Shown: positions 18,326 through 28,167, counted from the first letter of the stretch. The stretch: 64,000 nucleotides of DNA from Kiritimatiellia bacterium (GCA_017525225.1 JAFXTB010000109.1:1182-65181), one strand, 5' to 3'. Notes: generated by a model from the letters alone, not told the origin. A program made the numbers and translations.

Positions 18326-18615
18326 TGGTTGGCGCCCTTCCCGAACTTCTCAAGTATCTTTCCGAACGCGGCACGGACGCTTTCGGGATCTGTAACGTCC
18401 ATCCGGCAGGTATGGATGCCGGAAAGTGTTCCCGTCGGACGACTGAATCGCTCTGCCAACACCTCCTCCGACAAGTCCGTAGCTACCACCCTCACGCCAT
18501 ATTCCGCGAGCATCTTGCAGATGGCTACTCCTATGTTGCCGCAAGAGCCCGTCACCACTGCCACGCGGTTGTCGAACTTTACAAGCGGTTGCTCGAATGG
18601 ACCTTTTCTCGTCAT
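18313..18615 (-). pseudogene. N-terminal fragment (100 aa) of an SDR oxidoreductase, truncated where the MFS gene begins
   Basis: 'VAVVTGSCGNIGVAIC' Rossmann motif only. The catalytic half is absent. It overlaps the MFS start by 13 nt. Confidence 0.4.
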
Positions 18616-18671
18616 ATCTCTTCCTTCCTTTTCACAGTCTGTGATTCAGCATGTCATCAACCCTCTTCGGT

Positions 18672-21600
18672 TCACCTTTCCTGGCGGTCTGCAGGGAGGG
18701 CCAGTTCCGAGAGCCGTTCGCTTTCGGCGAAGGCGGCACGCTTGAGCTGATGGTAGCCGTAGGCACGCCTTTCGTCGTCGGTCCAGTCAGTCGCCTCGCA
18801 GTAGGATCCGCCGAACGGCACGCCGAGGTCGATCCAGCATGCGAAAAGCCGCCGCTCCTCGTCGGATGGCTTCGCTCCGTGGTGTCCGCCGCCGAATTTC
18901 TTCATGATAGTACTTCTTCCCGAACCCATCGCATACGGCGGTATCATCTCGCTCACGCTGGAGGACGAAGGCCAGTTGAGACGCGGCGTAAGCTTGCCGC
19001 GCGACGTGAGCGAGAGATACGATTCCGTGAAGCGGCGGCGTCCATCGATATCCTTGCAGCCTCGAGCCACCCTTTCCGGATGGTTGAGAGCGCGCTTCTT
19101 CGCCTCCACGCCGCGGAGGTCGGGCCTTGCGGGATCCTTGCCGTCGTGGCATCTCGCGCAATGTCTGTCGAGGATGGGCTGCACGAGCCGCGGATAGCTG
19201 AAGCCTGTCGTCGGCGCATCAGGATCGAGAGGCGATGCGCCATGTATCCCTGCGAAGTCCGCCGCCGTGGAAAGACGGCCAAACCGGTCGAGCCGGGCAA
19301 GAAGCGGATGTCTCACCTGTCCAGCCGAAGGCTGTAGCCTCTGCACGCGGACTGCCCCGCGCGGCCCCTGCGCCACACGCGGGGCGCCGGTCTTCGACTC
19401 GTGGCAGCCAACGCATCCCTGATATTCGCCGGGCATGAGTGTCGCCCAGCTGCGCATCGTCTGGACGCAATACCCGTCGGCATCGAGAAGCTGGAAATAG
19501 ACCGGCGTGCATGCTGGTGCCTCGAACGTGCAGGAACCGTCCGGCGACACCTCGGCTTCGCCCAGGACGTGCTTCACGTCCCACGTACCGCCGGCTACCG
19601 CGACGCCCTCGCCGGAAAGATCGCCATTGTAGGCGATGAACCTGTCGAACTCCTTGTCCCAGTCCGCATACATCAGCCCCATCGCGACGTATGCGGGTCT
19701 GCTCTCCACACCCACCACGCGAAGGCGCTTCACGGTTCCACGCTTCACGCCATCGAGCCCCGGACCCTCGTACACGTCCTGCACGTGGAAGGTGCCGTAT
19801 GCCGCCTTCGGGTTCCATGGCACGTACCTTGGTGCACGGGCCTTGGCGCGCGGACGTGCCGGCACTGGCTGCGAACATTCGATCGCGGGGTCGTACGCGA
19901 GAAGCTCGCGCTCGCCCTGGGCGTTCTGCCAGTAGATTCCGAAATTTGGGTTGTCGCCGCATTTCGTACCGGCGAGCGAACCTTCCGGCACGAAGCCTGT
20001 GATCCATTCCGTCTCGGAAAGCGGATATGGGTTCTGCCACTGCGCACCATGTATCGCGCCGAAATCCTCCACGTACGGATCGTGCTTCGCGCGGCACTGA
20101 AGATAGACCGGGTCGCGGTCGTAGTCGCTTGGAACCACGGCGCCACGCTCGCGGATGTCGCTTCCGGCGACGAATGAGATTCCGGCGTCTCCCTGCGTGC
20201 CACGCGAACGATCGAGCACGACGAGCTTCCCCTTCTGTGCCACGTGGTGCCCGCCTATGATGCCAAGCACCTTCTCGGTTCCAGGAATCTGGCGGAAATG
20301 GATGAGCGATGTGGGGAAGCGCGAATTGTTACCGTAGTACTCCATCTGCGCGGTGCCGTCGGGATTCATCGTGAAAAGCGGCTGCTGAAGCCGCGCCGAG
20401 CGGTCGTTGTACTCGTAGCGGGTGTAGAGAATGCGTCCGTCGGCCAGCTCCTGCGCGCCGATCGTGGCACCGCCGTCGTAGCCAAGCCTGCGGATGTTGC
20501 GTCCGTCGGCGTCACAGACGTACAGGTTCGCGGCCTCGTTGCGGTGGCACGGGATTATCTGTACGCAACGCGTCGATTCGAACACGATCTTTCCGCCGCT
20601 CGTCCATATCCCCTCGAAGTCGCAGCAGCGCGCGGGATCGGAGAACGTCAGCTGCTTCGTCTGGCGGGTCTCGAGGTCGAACACGTAGAGATGGTAGTCG
20701 TCTCCTGAGACTTTCACGTAGTCCGCCCAGCGGCGCGGGCCGCGCCGTACGCCCGTATCGGAGCCGAAGCTCCTGCGCATGGAGAAAAGCACCTTCTTCC
20801 CGTCGTGTGAGACGTCAGGATCGCGGATGCATCCTTCGGGACAATCCACCAGCACCTCGTTGGACACCGAGCCGTCCGCATTGACCGTGAGCATGCAAAG
20901 CTGTCCGCCCTTGCGCCAGTTCCTCGGCCAGAGTATGCACGATTCGTCCGACACGAGCGCGTTGCCCGAAAGCTCGGCGTCGCCCGAGATCGTATAGTGC
21001 TTCACATAGACTATCTTCGGACATTCCGCCGCGATCCTTGCGAGGCGCTTCGCACGGCGCGCACGGCAGACGGCGTAGTATGCGGCGTCGTTCGTCGCGG
21101 ACGCCTTCGCGAAGCCGTCCCAGCCGAAGTCCTGGAGTAGCCAGTCCTTCTTGAGACGCCCTTCCGGGAACGCCCGTGATGGATGTGCGTTCCAGACGGG
21201 CGCATCCTCGGGTGTACCGTCGAGAAGCTCTACCTCGGCGATGTCGACGATACGGGGTTCGTTCGGGCCGTTCGAAGGAAGTCCCATCATGCGTCTCGCG
21301 TGCCAGTCGCCCCAACTGTGGTAGAGACCCCAGGAATTTATTGCGGCCATTCCCGCGTCGAGAACCTCCACGCGATAGTAGCGTGCGGACGTCCTGGGCC
21401 AGAATACAAGCTGTGATTCGCCAGCGAAAGCGGGGTGGAGACGCTTGTCCTCCGCAAGCTTCGCCTTCGGTCTGCGTCCATCGGGATCGTCACACGCCGT
21501 CACCCGGACTCCTGCGGGCGCGGTGGTGATCCATCGGTCGGGTTGCGATACGATCCTAAGGCCACATGTGGACCTTTCGCGGCCCAGATCTATCGTAAAG

Positions 21601-21839
21601 GAACATGTGACGGGGCGTCCTTGTGGAGTGGAATCCTCGAAGCGTGCGAAGGTGGATGGATCGCCGTCTAGCATAAGCGCCGCCGGACGGTCTATTTCGC
21701 ACGCGCTTGCGCAGGAGATGGACGCCGCGACGACGCCCGGATCCGTTTCGTCGCGCACCATGCCTGCGGCATATACACCATGCATGATAAACGATGCGCA
21801 AAGAACGAAAAGCGGAAGAAAGTTTCTAGGTTGCCTCAT
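18672..21839 (-). CDS. Large secreted multidomain protein: discoidin/F5-8-C-like domain, TolB/PD40-like beta-propeller repeats, and a C-terminal region with two CxxCH motifs (planctomycete-type cytochrome-c-like)
   Basis: Signal 'MRQPRNFLPLFVLCASFIMHGVYAAG'. 'DGDPSTFARFED' is discoidin-like. 'VSHDGKKVLFSMRR...YHLYVFDLETRQ' is PD40-like. 'CVGCHESKTG' and 'CARCHDGKDPARPDL' are CxxCH motifs. Confidence 0.5.
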   Translation of the reverse strand: MRQPRNFLPLFVLCASFIMHGVYAAGMVRDETDPGVVAASISCASACEIDRPAALMLDGDPSTFARFEDSTPQGRPVTCSFTIDLGRERSTCGLRIVSQPDRWITTAPAGVRVTACDDPDGRRPKAKLAEDKRLHPAFAGESQLVFWPRTSARYYRVEVLDAGMAAINSWGLYHSWGDWHARRMMGLPSNGPNEPRIVDIAEVELLDGTPEDAPVWNAHPSRAFPEGRLKKDWLLQDFGWDGFAKASATNDAAYYAVCRARRAKRLARIAAECPKIVYVKHYTISGDAELSGNALVSDESCILWPRNWRKGGQLCMLTVNADGSVSNEVLVDCPEGCIRDPDVSHDGKKVLFSMRRSFGSDTGVRRGPRRWADYVKVSGDDYHLYVFDLETRQTKQLTFSDPARCCDFEGIWTSGGKIVFESTRCVQIIPCHRNEAANLYVCDADGRNIRRLGYDGGATIGAQELADGRILYTRYEYNDRSARLQQPLFTMNPDGTAQMEYYGNNSRFPTSLIHFRQIPGTEKVLGIIGGHHVAQKGKLVVLDRSRGTQGDAGISFVAGSDIRERGAVVPSDYDRDPVYLQCRAKHDPYVEDFGAIHGAQWQNPYPLSETEWITGFVPEGSLAGTKCGDNPNFGIYWQNAQGERELLAYDPAIECSQPVPARPRAKARAPRYVPWNPKAAYGTFHVQDVYEGPGLDGVKRGTVKRLRVVGVESRPAYVAMGLMYADWDKEFDRFIAYNGDLSGEGVAVAGGTWDVKHVLGEAEVSPDGSCTFEAPACTPVYFQLLDADGYCVQTMRSWATLMPGEYQGCVGCHESKTGAPRVAQGPRGAVRVQRLQPSAGQVRHPLLARLDRFGRLSTAADFAGIHGASPLDPDAPTTGFSYPRLVQPILDRHCARCHDGKDPARPDLRGVEAKKRALNHPERVARGCKDIDGRRRFTESYLSLTSRGKLTPRLNWPSSSSVSEMIPPYAMGSGRSTIMKKFGGGHHGAKPSDEERRLFACWIDLGVPFGGSYCEATDWTDDERRAYGYHQLKRAAFAESERLSELALPADRQER

Positions 21840-22122
21840 GCCGGACAGTATACCATAAAAAGCCTTACTCCACCACTCTTCCACCAATGGGGTTCGGCGT
21901 GGCGCCCGCGCCCGTTTCAGACTGCTGCAGCGGCGTCAAGGCAAATATGGTCCAAAGAAGGAAAAGTCAGGGGTTCCGCACAGATTGACGGCAGCGGCAC
22001 TACAACCTACCGCAACGCCCAGGGAAACGTCGCATACACCGTACAGGGGGAAAAGACCATCGCCGACATGGGATTCATCGCGTTCAAATTGCTCGAATAG
22101 CGATCGCTCCACTAAAACAGGA

Positions 22123-24309
22123 TCATCTTATGAAATCCCTTCCCTCGCCTGTGATCCTTGCGTCGAACGTCCGACCATCGGCGAACTTGACCTTCTTTGT
22201 GCGGCCGGAGTGTGACGCGCCTGCGCGCAGCATGAGCGATACGGGCCTGCCGTCCGCAAACCGCGCCGACACCTCCACGTCGTCATAGGCCCGGAGGCGG
22301 AATGAGAAATCCCTCCACGCCGACGGAACTGCCGGCGCCACGCGCAGCACGTCGCCCTCGCACTGGAGGAGCATGTCGTGCACGGTCTGCACGAACGTGG
22401 CCGGAGGGGCCTGGCACCACGGGCAAGATCTGTAAGACGGTTCGTTGATCTCAAAGATCTCATTGAAGAATCCAGCCGATACGTTCGCGAGCGACAGGTT
22501 CCTGAACGCGGCCTCGCCATCGAGAAGCCGCGCATAGTCGTCCGCGAGCCATGCCGCATACCATGTGCAGATGCGCGTTCCAACTGAATACATGTTACCC
22601 ACTCGGATGCCGTTGCGGTCGAAATGGTCGACCGTCGCCTTCTGCACGGCATCGTCCCGCGGCAGTACGTTGTAAGGGAAGAGCCCGGATAGCGTCCCCA
22701 CGGACGTACGGTCGCATCCTTCGAACGCGAGGTAGCGCCCGCCCGCCTTGGGCAGATCCCTGCGCAGCGCCGCCGCCGTATCGCACCATGCAGGAACGGA
22801 TGCGGCGTCGACGCCAAGCACGGTCGCGGCGTCTGCCGCGCGCTCAAGCGCGTATATCGCGCTGCAGGTGGTGAGGAACGCATTCCGCGCAGGACACGGC
22901 AGGCGCTCCAGATCGCACACCGGGCCGATGACCGTACGCCCGTCATCGAGACGCTGCACGAGCCACGTGCGGAAATAGTTCGCGCAGTCGCGGATCACCG
23001 GATACGTGGACGCGAGGAATTTGCGGTCGCCGGTATAGAGCCATGCGTTCCAGCAGTCGGCCGGGATCGTGCCCATGTGCATGAAGTGATCCTTCCAGCG
23101 TCCGTCGCCCGTGGTCTCGTGCCCATCCTCCACCGGCTGCCAGGCAAAGCGCGCGCCTGCCGCCGGATTGGAGAGCCCCTCCTTGCGCTTCTGCCCGCCA
23201 GCGCGGTGCCTCGCCTGCGGAAGGATGCCCGCCCAGAACCGCCCAATGCGCTTCGCCTCGTCGAAATGTCCAGCCACAGCGAACGCCGCGCCGTTGAATC
23301 CGAAGCCGAAGTACTTGCCGTTCCAGTGCGTCGGCAGGATACCGATCGGCACGGCCCATTTCGTGGACCAGCACTTGAGGTTGTAGAACGCCGTCTGATA
23401 CGTGCGCAGCACCGATGCGTCCGGGATCTGGACTTCGGACCTTTTCCAGAACTCCGCCCATTCTGCCTCGTGCCGCGCCTTGAGAGTGTCCCACCCGGCC
23501 GCGGCTACGGCATCTCCGGAACACGGCGCATCATCCATCGAATCGTTGAACACCACGAAGAAATCGACATTCCCTTCAGGTCGCTCCACCGTAGCGTACA
23601 GTGTGTCGCCATCTGCGGAGAGGCGCACCGATGGACATGAGCATCGCAGCTCCACGGTTCCAACGAGCGGCGGCTCGCCATCCGCGGCAGCCTCCGCGCG
23701 CAGCCCATCGAAGTCGGTACTCCAGCGGATGCGACCCGGTTCGACGGCAAACGCCACGCCCGCAGGAGGGCGACCGGAGGGCCCCGGACGGCGGAACACC
23801 CATTTGAACACGTAGCGCTCCACTTCTCCAGAAAAGGACTTGCGCACCGCGAACACCGGCTTGCCGCTCGCGACGAACGCCGTCGAACCGATGCAGGAGC
23901 CGTTCGCGTAGCCGTTGCTACACACGCTCGCCGCACCGAAGATGTCAAGACGCTGGCTCCAGGATGTCGGCTTTGCATCCTTTCCTCCTCCAACTACGAC
24001 CTCCTCCTCCACCCGACCGAGCGTCACGAGCTTTGCGTCCGGCGTGCGTCGTCCCTGACGGCATGTGGCCGGAAAATAGCCGGCGCCTACGGCATGGATG
24101 CTCTTCAGCGACGGCGTGTCCTGATACTGGCAATTGCGAAAATCCACAAGCATTCCGATATCGCCGTTGGAGAGGATCGGCGGCGAATAGCGCGAAACAT
24201 GCTCTTCCACCGAAGATGAGACCGTCCACGGTTCCATTACGGGAACCGTACCGGCACACACCGCCGCCACGGCTAATGCCAGCGGAAGAATGAGGGTCTT
24301 CCTCACCAT
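22123..24309 (-). CDS. Secreted glycoside-hydrolase-like protein (six-hairpin type suspected, family undetermined)
   Basis: Signal 'MVRKTLILPLALAVAAVCAG'. The size and Trp/aromatic-rich core are GH-like. No family-diagnostic motif was recognised. Confidence 0.4.
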   Translation of the reverse strand: MVRKTLILPLALAVAAVCAGTVPVMEPWTVSSSVEEHVSRYSPPILSNGDIGMLVDFRNCQYQDTPSLKSIHAVGAGYFPATCRQGRRTPDAKLVTLGRVEEEVVVGGGKDAKPTSWSQRLDIFGAASVCSNGYANGSCIGSTAFVASGKPVFAVRKSFSGEVERYVFKWVFRRPGPSGRPPAGVAFAVEPGRIRWSTDFDGLRAEAAADGEPPLVGTVELRCSCPSVRLSADGDTLYATVERPEGNVDFFVVFNDSMDDAPCSGDAVAAAGWDTLKARHEAEWAEFWKRSEVQIPDASVLRTYQTAFYNLKCWSTKWAVPIGILPTHWNGKYFGFGFNGAAFAVAGHFDEAKRIGRFWAGILPQARHRAGGQKRKEGLSNPAAGARFAWQPVEDGHETTGDGRWKDHFMHMGTIPADCWNAWLYTGDRKFLASTYPVIRDCANYFRTWLVQRLDDGRTVIGPVCDLERLPCPARNAFLTTCSAIYALERAADAATVLGVDAASVPAWCDTAAALRRDLPKAGGRYLAFEGCDRTSVGTLSGLFPYNVLPRDDAVQKATVDHFDRNGIRVGNMYSVGTRICTWYAAWLADDYARLLDGEAAFRNLSLANVSAGFFNEIFEINEPSYRSCPWCQAPPATFVQTVHDMLLQCEGDVLRVAPAVPSAWRDFSFRLRAYDDVEVSARFADGRPVSLMLRAGASHSGRTKKVKFADGRTFDARITGEGRDFIR

Positions 24310-25766
24310 TTCACGACGATTCCCTTCAGCTTGGCATCGTCGAGCACAATGGGCTCGGAAAGGTTCCCGTAGCAGTCCGCCGCCCGCACCTCGAACTTCA
24401 GCGGACATTCATGCGGAATGGTGTCGGCGTCAAGCAGACACTCCATCTCCGCCGGCATCAGGCCTTCCGGCTTGTTGAATCCCTCGGCCATGAAACGGCG
24501 CACCATGTACGTTTCATCCACCAGCCCGCCCTGCGTGATCTTCACCTCAACCCGGTAGTCCAGCACGCGTCCGTGCGTGGAGTCCGACGGCATCGCCTGC
24601 GGGAACCTGAGCGCTACCTTGATGCTCTTCGCGCCATCGCGCCTCTTGCCCTCCGATGGTTCAGAAAGGACGGGCTTCGCATCGGGCGGGAAGCAAGGCG
24701 CATGGGCGGCGGCGGCGCGGCTGCGCAGGTCGAACGGGCGCGATCCGTCCAGCGGAATCACCCAGTCCGGGCCAAGCGGCAGATTGGAGACATGCTCGTG
24801 GCGTGCCACCACTATCCTGTCGCCATACACGGTCATCATCAGGCCCTGCCTGCAGTCGTGCGTGGAGATGGTCTCCATCTGCTTGAACCAGCTGTTGCGC
24901 TTGGGCCCCGAATTCTCGCGTCCGTTCGGCGGGCAAGTATAGCGCAGGGAGCCGGCGTTGATCGCCGTGAAGCCGCCCTGCCATATCGAACGTTCGTTGG
25001 TAATCGAACCATGCGTATGCCCGGTTATGGCCACGGCGTTCGGGAAGGACGAGAGAAACTTGGTCACGGCCTTCCTGCCGCCTGAATCCTTCATCGTTCC
25101 GGGAAGCGGCGGGTGCTGGAAGTAGAAGAACGGCTTGTCTCTGGGCAGCGTGCTCTTTACCGACTTCAGATATTCCGCGGCCTCGCGGTCGTGGAACGGC
25201 CAATGGGCGCCGATGAACCTGTATCCCTTCACCTCCTTGTCCACGATCTTCTCGAACGGCTCGCCGAACGCCGCCCTCCACGCCGCGTCCAGGTTTTCGC
25301 AGATGATGTTGCGTTTCAGCTCCGCCTCGTCGGGGAAGCGCTGTACGCCCTTGCGACCGTACTTCCACCCTTCCCAGTCGTGGTTGCCGCCGATGATGAG
25401 CTTCACCGGGGCTGGCGCACCATCCGGAAACACCTGGCGCCACGCATCGCCCACGGCCAAGAGCTGTTCGGTAAAGCCGTCATTCGCGAGATCGCCGGAG
25501 ATCAGCACCGCGTCGACCTTTGCATCGCGGAATCGCTCTAGCGCGTGGATGAACGTCTTCGCGTTTGGCGGGCCGTTTAGTTCGCCTGCCGCTGCGTCCC
25601 CCAGCACCGATATGTGTATGTCGCTAACCACGCCGACCTTCAGCCTCGCGCCGGGACCGTCGCAGGAGCCTGGAATGGCAGGATAGGCGCGGTTGCAGAT
25701 GAATGAAAGCAGGGCAAGAGACCCGCCACCGAGGAATTCGCGTCGTGTCGCTCTAGTTGTGAACAT
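24303..25766 (-). CDS. Tat-secreted calcineurin-like metallophosphoesterase (paralog of 4011-5747)
   Basis: Twin-arginine 'TRREFLGGGSLAL'. Contains 'GVVSDIHIS', 'ISGDLANDG', 'GGNHDWEGW' and 'TGHTHGS'. It shares the C-terminal extension with the first paralog. Confidence 0.7.
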   Translation of the reverse strand: MFTTRATRREFLGGGSLALLSFICNRAYPAIPGSCDGPGARLKVGVVSDIHISVLGDAAAGELNGPPNAKTFIHALERFRDAKVDAVLISGDLANDGFTEQLLAVGDAWRQVFPDGAPAPVKLIIGGNHDWEGWKYGRKGVQRFPDEAELKRNIICENLDAAWRAAFGEPFEKIVDKEVKGYRFIGAHWPFHDREAAEYLKSVKSTLPRDKPFFYFQHPPLPGTMKDSGGRKAVTKFLSSFPNAVAITGHTHGSITNERSIWQGGFTAINAGSLRYTCPPNGRENSGPKRNSWFKQMETISTHDCRQGLMMTVYGDRIVVARHEHVSNLPLGPDWVIPLDGSRPFDLRSRAAAAHAPCFPPDAKPVLSEPSEGKRRDGAKSIKVALRFPQAMPSDSTHGRVLDYRVEVKITQGGLVDETYMVRRFMAEGFNKPEGLMPAEMECLLDADTIPHECPLKFEVRAADCYGNLSEPIVLDDAKLKGIVVKW

Positions 25767-25981
25767 GATATAATCGAGGTATTTTATAGACCTCTCTTTC
25801 GTGGCATTTGCGGCTTTGGCCACCCAACCCGAAAAAGCCGCACAGCTGTAGAAACACGATCAAGAAGTCCGCGGCGGGAATTGTAGCACATTTCCCGCCT
25901 CCGACGCAAGCCAGAGCCCGCATCGACATGACATGGGGGGGCAGTCCGCCAGACCACTCTCCGCATGCCCTCAATGGGTAA

Positions 25982-26449
25982 CCTCCAGGTTGGTTTCCGC
26001 TCGCAGACGTACAAGATGTTTCACCGGCAAAGTCTATAGACAGCCTCAAAAAAGAACTCAATCGTAATCTTGAAGTCCTCAATGAACTTAGAAAGGAGAA
26101 TCCTGCTTGCTATATCAATCCCAAAGACCCATCATGCCCCATTTTATCACAGCGCATAGCGACGAATTCACGGTACAGTACGAGTGTCAAGAACAACTAT
26201 GTTCGAGACGCATTCTATTGCTCCAAGTGTAAACGGGTAACAAGTTATTGCGGTGACAATCTTGGTGCTTATGGTCATGGCTTCTGTGATGTATGCCGCC
26301 AGAATAGCTTCAACATATGGCTCAAGTATAGAAAGGATGTGGATAAAACAACAATGCTAAACGCAAAGATTGACGAGTTGAGCACAAAAATAGACTCGTT
26401 AAAGAAAGAAATCAGCTCAATGGAGCGAGTCCGCTCAAGACGGCGATAA
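25982..26449 (+). pseudogene. Start-less 155-codon ORF in a low-GC islet encoding a coiled-coil plus CxxC zinc-ribbon protein (a gene remnant, or a gene with a non-canonical start)
   Basis: Frame translation reads '...KSIDSLKKELNRNLEVLNELRKENPACYINPKDPSCP...FYCSKCKRVTSYCGDNLGAYGHGFCDVCRQNSF...LNAKIDELSTKIDSLKKEISSMERVRSRRR*'. There is no in-frame ATG, GTG or TTG before codon 125. GC is ~45% against ~63% in the flanks. Confidence 0.25.
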
Positions 26450-26820
26450 GATTTCATCGTAACCGTCACAGATTAAAGGTTACACTACTGATTGCGGCCT
26501 TTGTTCTCAGCGGGATGATTCATTTACGAAACGTTCAAACAGACGGACATCCGGTAGGGGAAAGAGACGGCACCGACCATCGCTTACATCTCTGCTGGAG
26601 TGGTGAGGTTCACGCTTGATGCGGATGGTCTGTGGTGGATTGTCACAGCCCCTGTCGGCGTGGCGTGGAACGTTAACCACCAACAGATTACCAATGTGTC
26701 TGGTGACGGATTTGAGTCCCATTGTGCGGTAGAAAATTTTCAACCGACCAGTGCGGGGTCCATAGATGCAACCTATGGATGCGCGAGGGGACTTCCGATT
26801 ACCCGATGCACGCAGCATCA

Positions 26821-26829
26821 TGGTAGAAT
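26821..26829 (+). promoter_or_regulatory. Extended -10 TGGTAGAAT promoter element for metY
   Basis: It lies 37 nt upstream of the metY ATG. A ribosome-binding site AAAGGAG sits at 26851-26857. Confidence 0.45.
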
Positions 26830-26865
26830 ATGCGGCGTCAACCACACATGAAAGGAGCAACTGAA

Positions 26866-28161
26866 ATGAGCAACAGGAAATACCACATCGAGACGCTGGC
26901 CATCCATGCCGGGCAGGACGCCCACGGAGACCCCGCCACTGCAGCGCGGGCCGTTCCCGTCTATCGCACCACGGCCTACAACTTCCGCGATTCCAAGCAC
27001 GGTGCGGACCTCTTCGCCCTGCGCGAGCTCGGAAACATCTACGCCCGCCTGATGAACCCCACGAACGACGTCCTCGCCAAGCGCATAGCGGCGCTGGAAG
27101 GCGGCGCGGCCGCCCAGACGCTCGCTTCCGGCACCGCCGCCATCTACTTCACGATTACGAACATCGCCCGCGCCGGCGACGAGATCGTGGCGGCGAACAA
27201 CCTCTACGGCGGCACGTTCAGCCAGTTCGACGCGATCCTCCCCAACGTCGGCATAAAGGTGAACTTCACGCCAGTGAACGACTTCAAGGCCGTGGAGGCG
27301 GCGATCAACGACAAGACGCGCCTCGTCTACATCGAGTCCGTAGGCAATCCCGCGCTCGAAGTCGCCGACATCGAGAAGTATGCCGAGATCGCCCACCGGC
27401 ACGGCCTGCCGCTCGTCGTCGATGCCACGTTCACCCCCCCGCCGCTCCTGCGCGCGCTCGACCACGGCGCTGACCTCGTGATCCACTCGCTCTCCAAATG
27501 GATCGGCGGGCACGGCACGGGCATCGGCGGGGTCGTGGTGGAGAAAGGCGGATTCGACTGGACGAATCCCCGGTTCGCGCTGTACAACGAGCCGGACAAG
27601 GGCTATCACGGGCTTAGGTTCGCCCATGACCTGCCGGATCCTCTGAAGGCCGTGGCCTTCTCGATTCGGCTTTTGACCGTAGGCATCCGCAACCAGGGAC
27701 CCACGCTCGCGCCCGACGCCGCCTGGCTCTTCCTGCAGGGCGTGGAATCGCTGCCGCTGCGCATCGCGCGCCACAGTGAGAACGCCCTTGCCGTGGCGAA
27801 GTGGCTCGCAGGACATCCGAAGGTGGCGTGGGTGAAGTATCCCACCCTCACGCAGCCGGAGCTTGCGGCCAAGTACCTGCCGTCAGGCGCGGGCGGCGTG
27901 GTGGTGTTCGGCGTCAAGGGCGGGGCCGACGAGGCCCGCAGGGTCACGGACGCGGCCAACGGCGACATCTTCTCGATCCTCGCCAACGTGGGCGACGCGA
28001 AATCCCTCATCATCCATCCCGCCTCCACCACCCACTCGCAGCTGTCCGAAGAGGATCTGCGCAAGGGCGGCGTGCTGCCGGAACTGATCCGGCTTTCGAT
28101 CGGCCTGGAGCATGTGGACGACATCATCGGCGCGCTCGACGAGGCGTTGGCATCGGTCTGA
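26866..28161 (+). CDS. metY: O-acetylhomoserine sulfhydrylase / aminocarboxypropyltransferase (PLP-dependent)
   Basis: 'NPTNDVLAKRIAALEGG' and 'HSLSKWIGGHGTGIGGVVV' (PLP lysine). It aligns in length and motifs with MetY/MET17. Confidence 0.85.
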   Translation: MSNRKYHIETLAIHAGQDAHGDPATAARAVPVYRTTAYNFRDSKHGADLFALRELGNIYARLMNPTNDVLAKRIAALEGGAAAQTLASGTAAIYFTITNIARAGDEIVAANNLYGGTFSQFDAILPNVGIKVNFTPVNDFKAVEAAINDKTRLVYIESVGNPALEVADIEKYAEIAHRHGLPLVVDATFTPPPLLRALDHGADLVIHSLSKWIGGHGTGIGGVVVEKGGFDWTNPRFALYNEPDKGYHGLRFAHDLPDPLKAVAFSIRLLTVGIRNQGPTLAPDAAWLFLQGVESLPLRIARHSENALAVAKWLAGHPKVAWVKYPTLTQPELAAKYLPSGAGGVVVFGVKGGADEARRVTDAANGDIFSILANVGDAKSLIIHPASTTHSQLSEEDLRKGGVLPELIRLSIGLEHVDDIIGALDEALASV

Positions 28162-28167
28162 GAAAAA

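Noticed and set aside
25809-25842. Hairpin TGCGGCTTT-N16-AAAGCCGCA as an intrinsic terminator
   Set aside because: The 16-nt loop is long and there is no U-tract on either strand. No gene terminates beside it. It is reported only as an islet-boundary structure.
26500-26865. Possible SAM riboswitch or other ncRNA upstream of metY (also ORFs 26507-26860 minus and 26600-26851 plus)
   Set aside because: No SAM-I/IV core (GGUGGAGGGA, GGCAACC, GGUGC) was found. No tmRNA or RNase P signatures. A TGGTAGAAT promoter sits only 37 nt before the ATG, leaving a short unstructured leader. The ORFs lack motifs and ribosome-binding sites.
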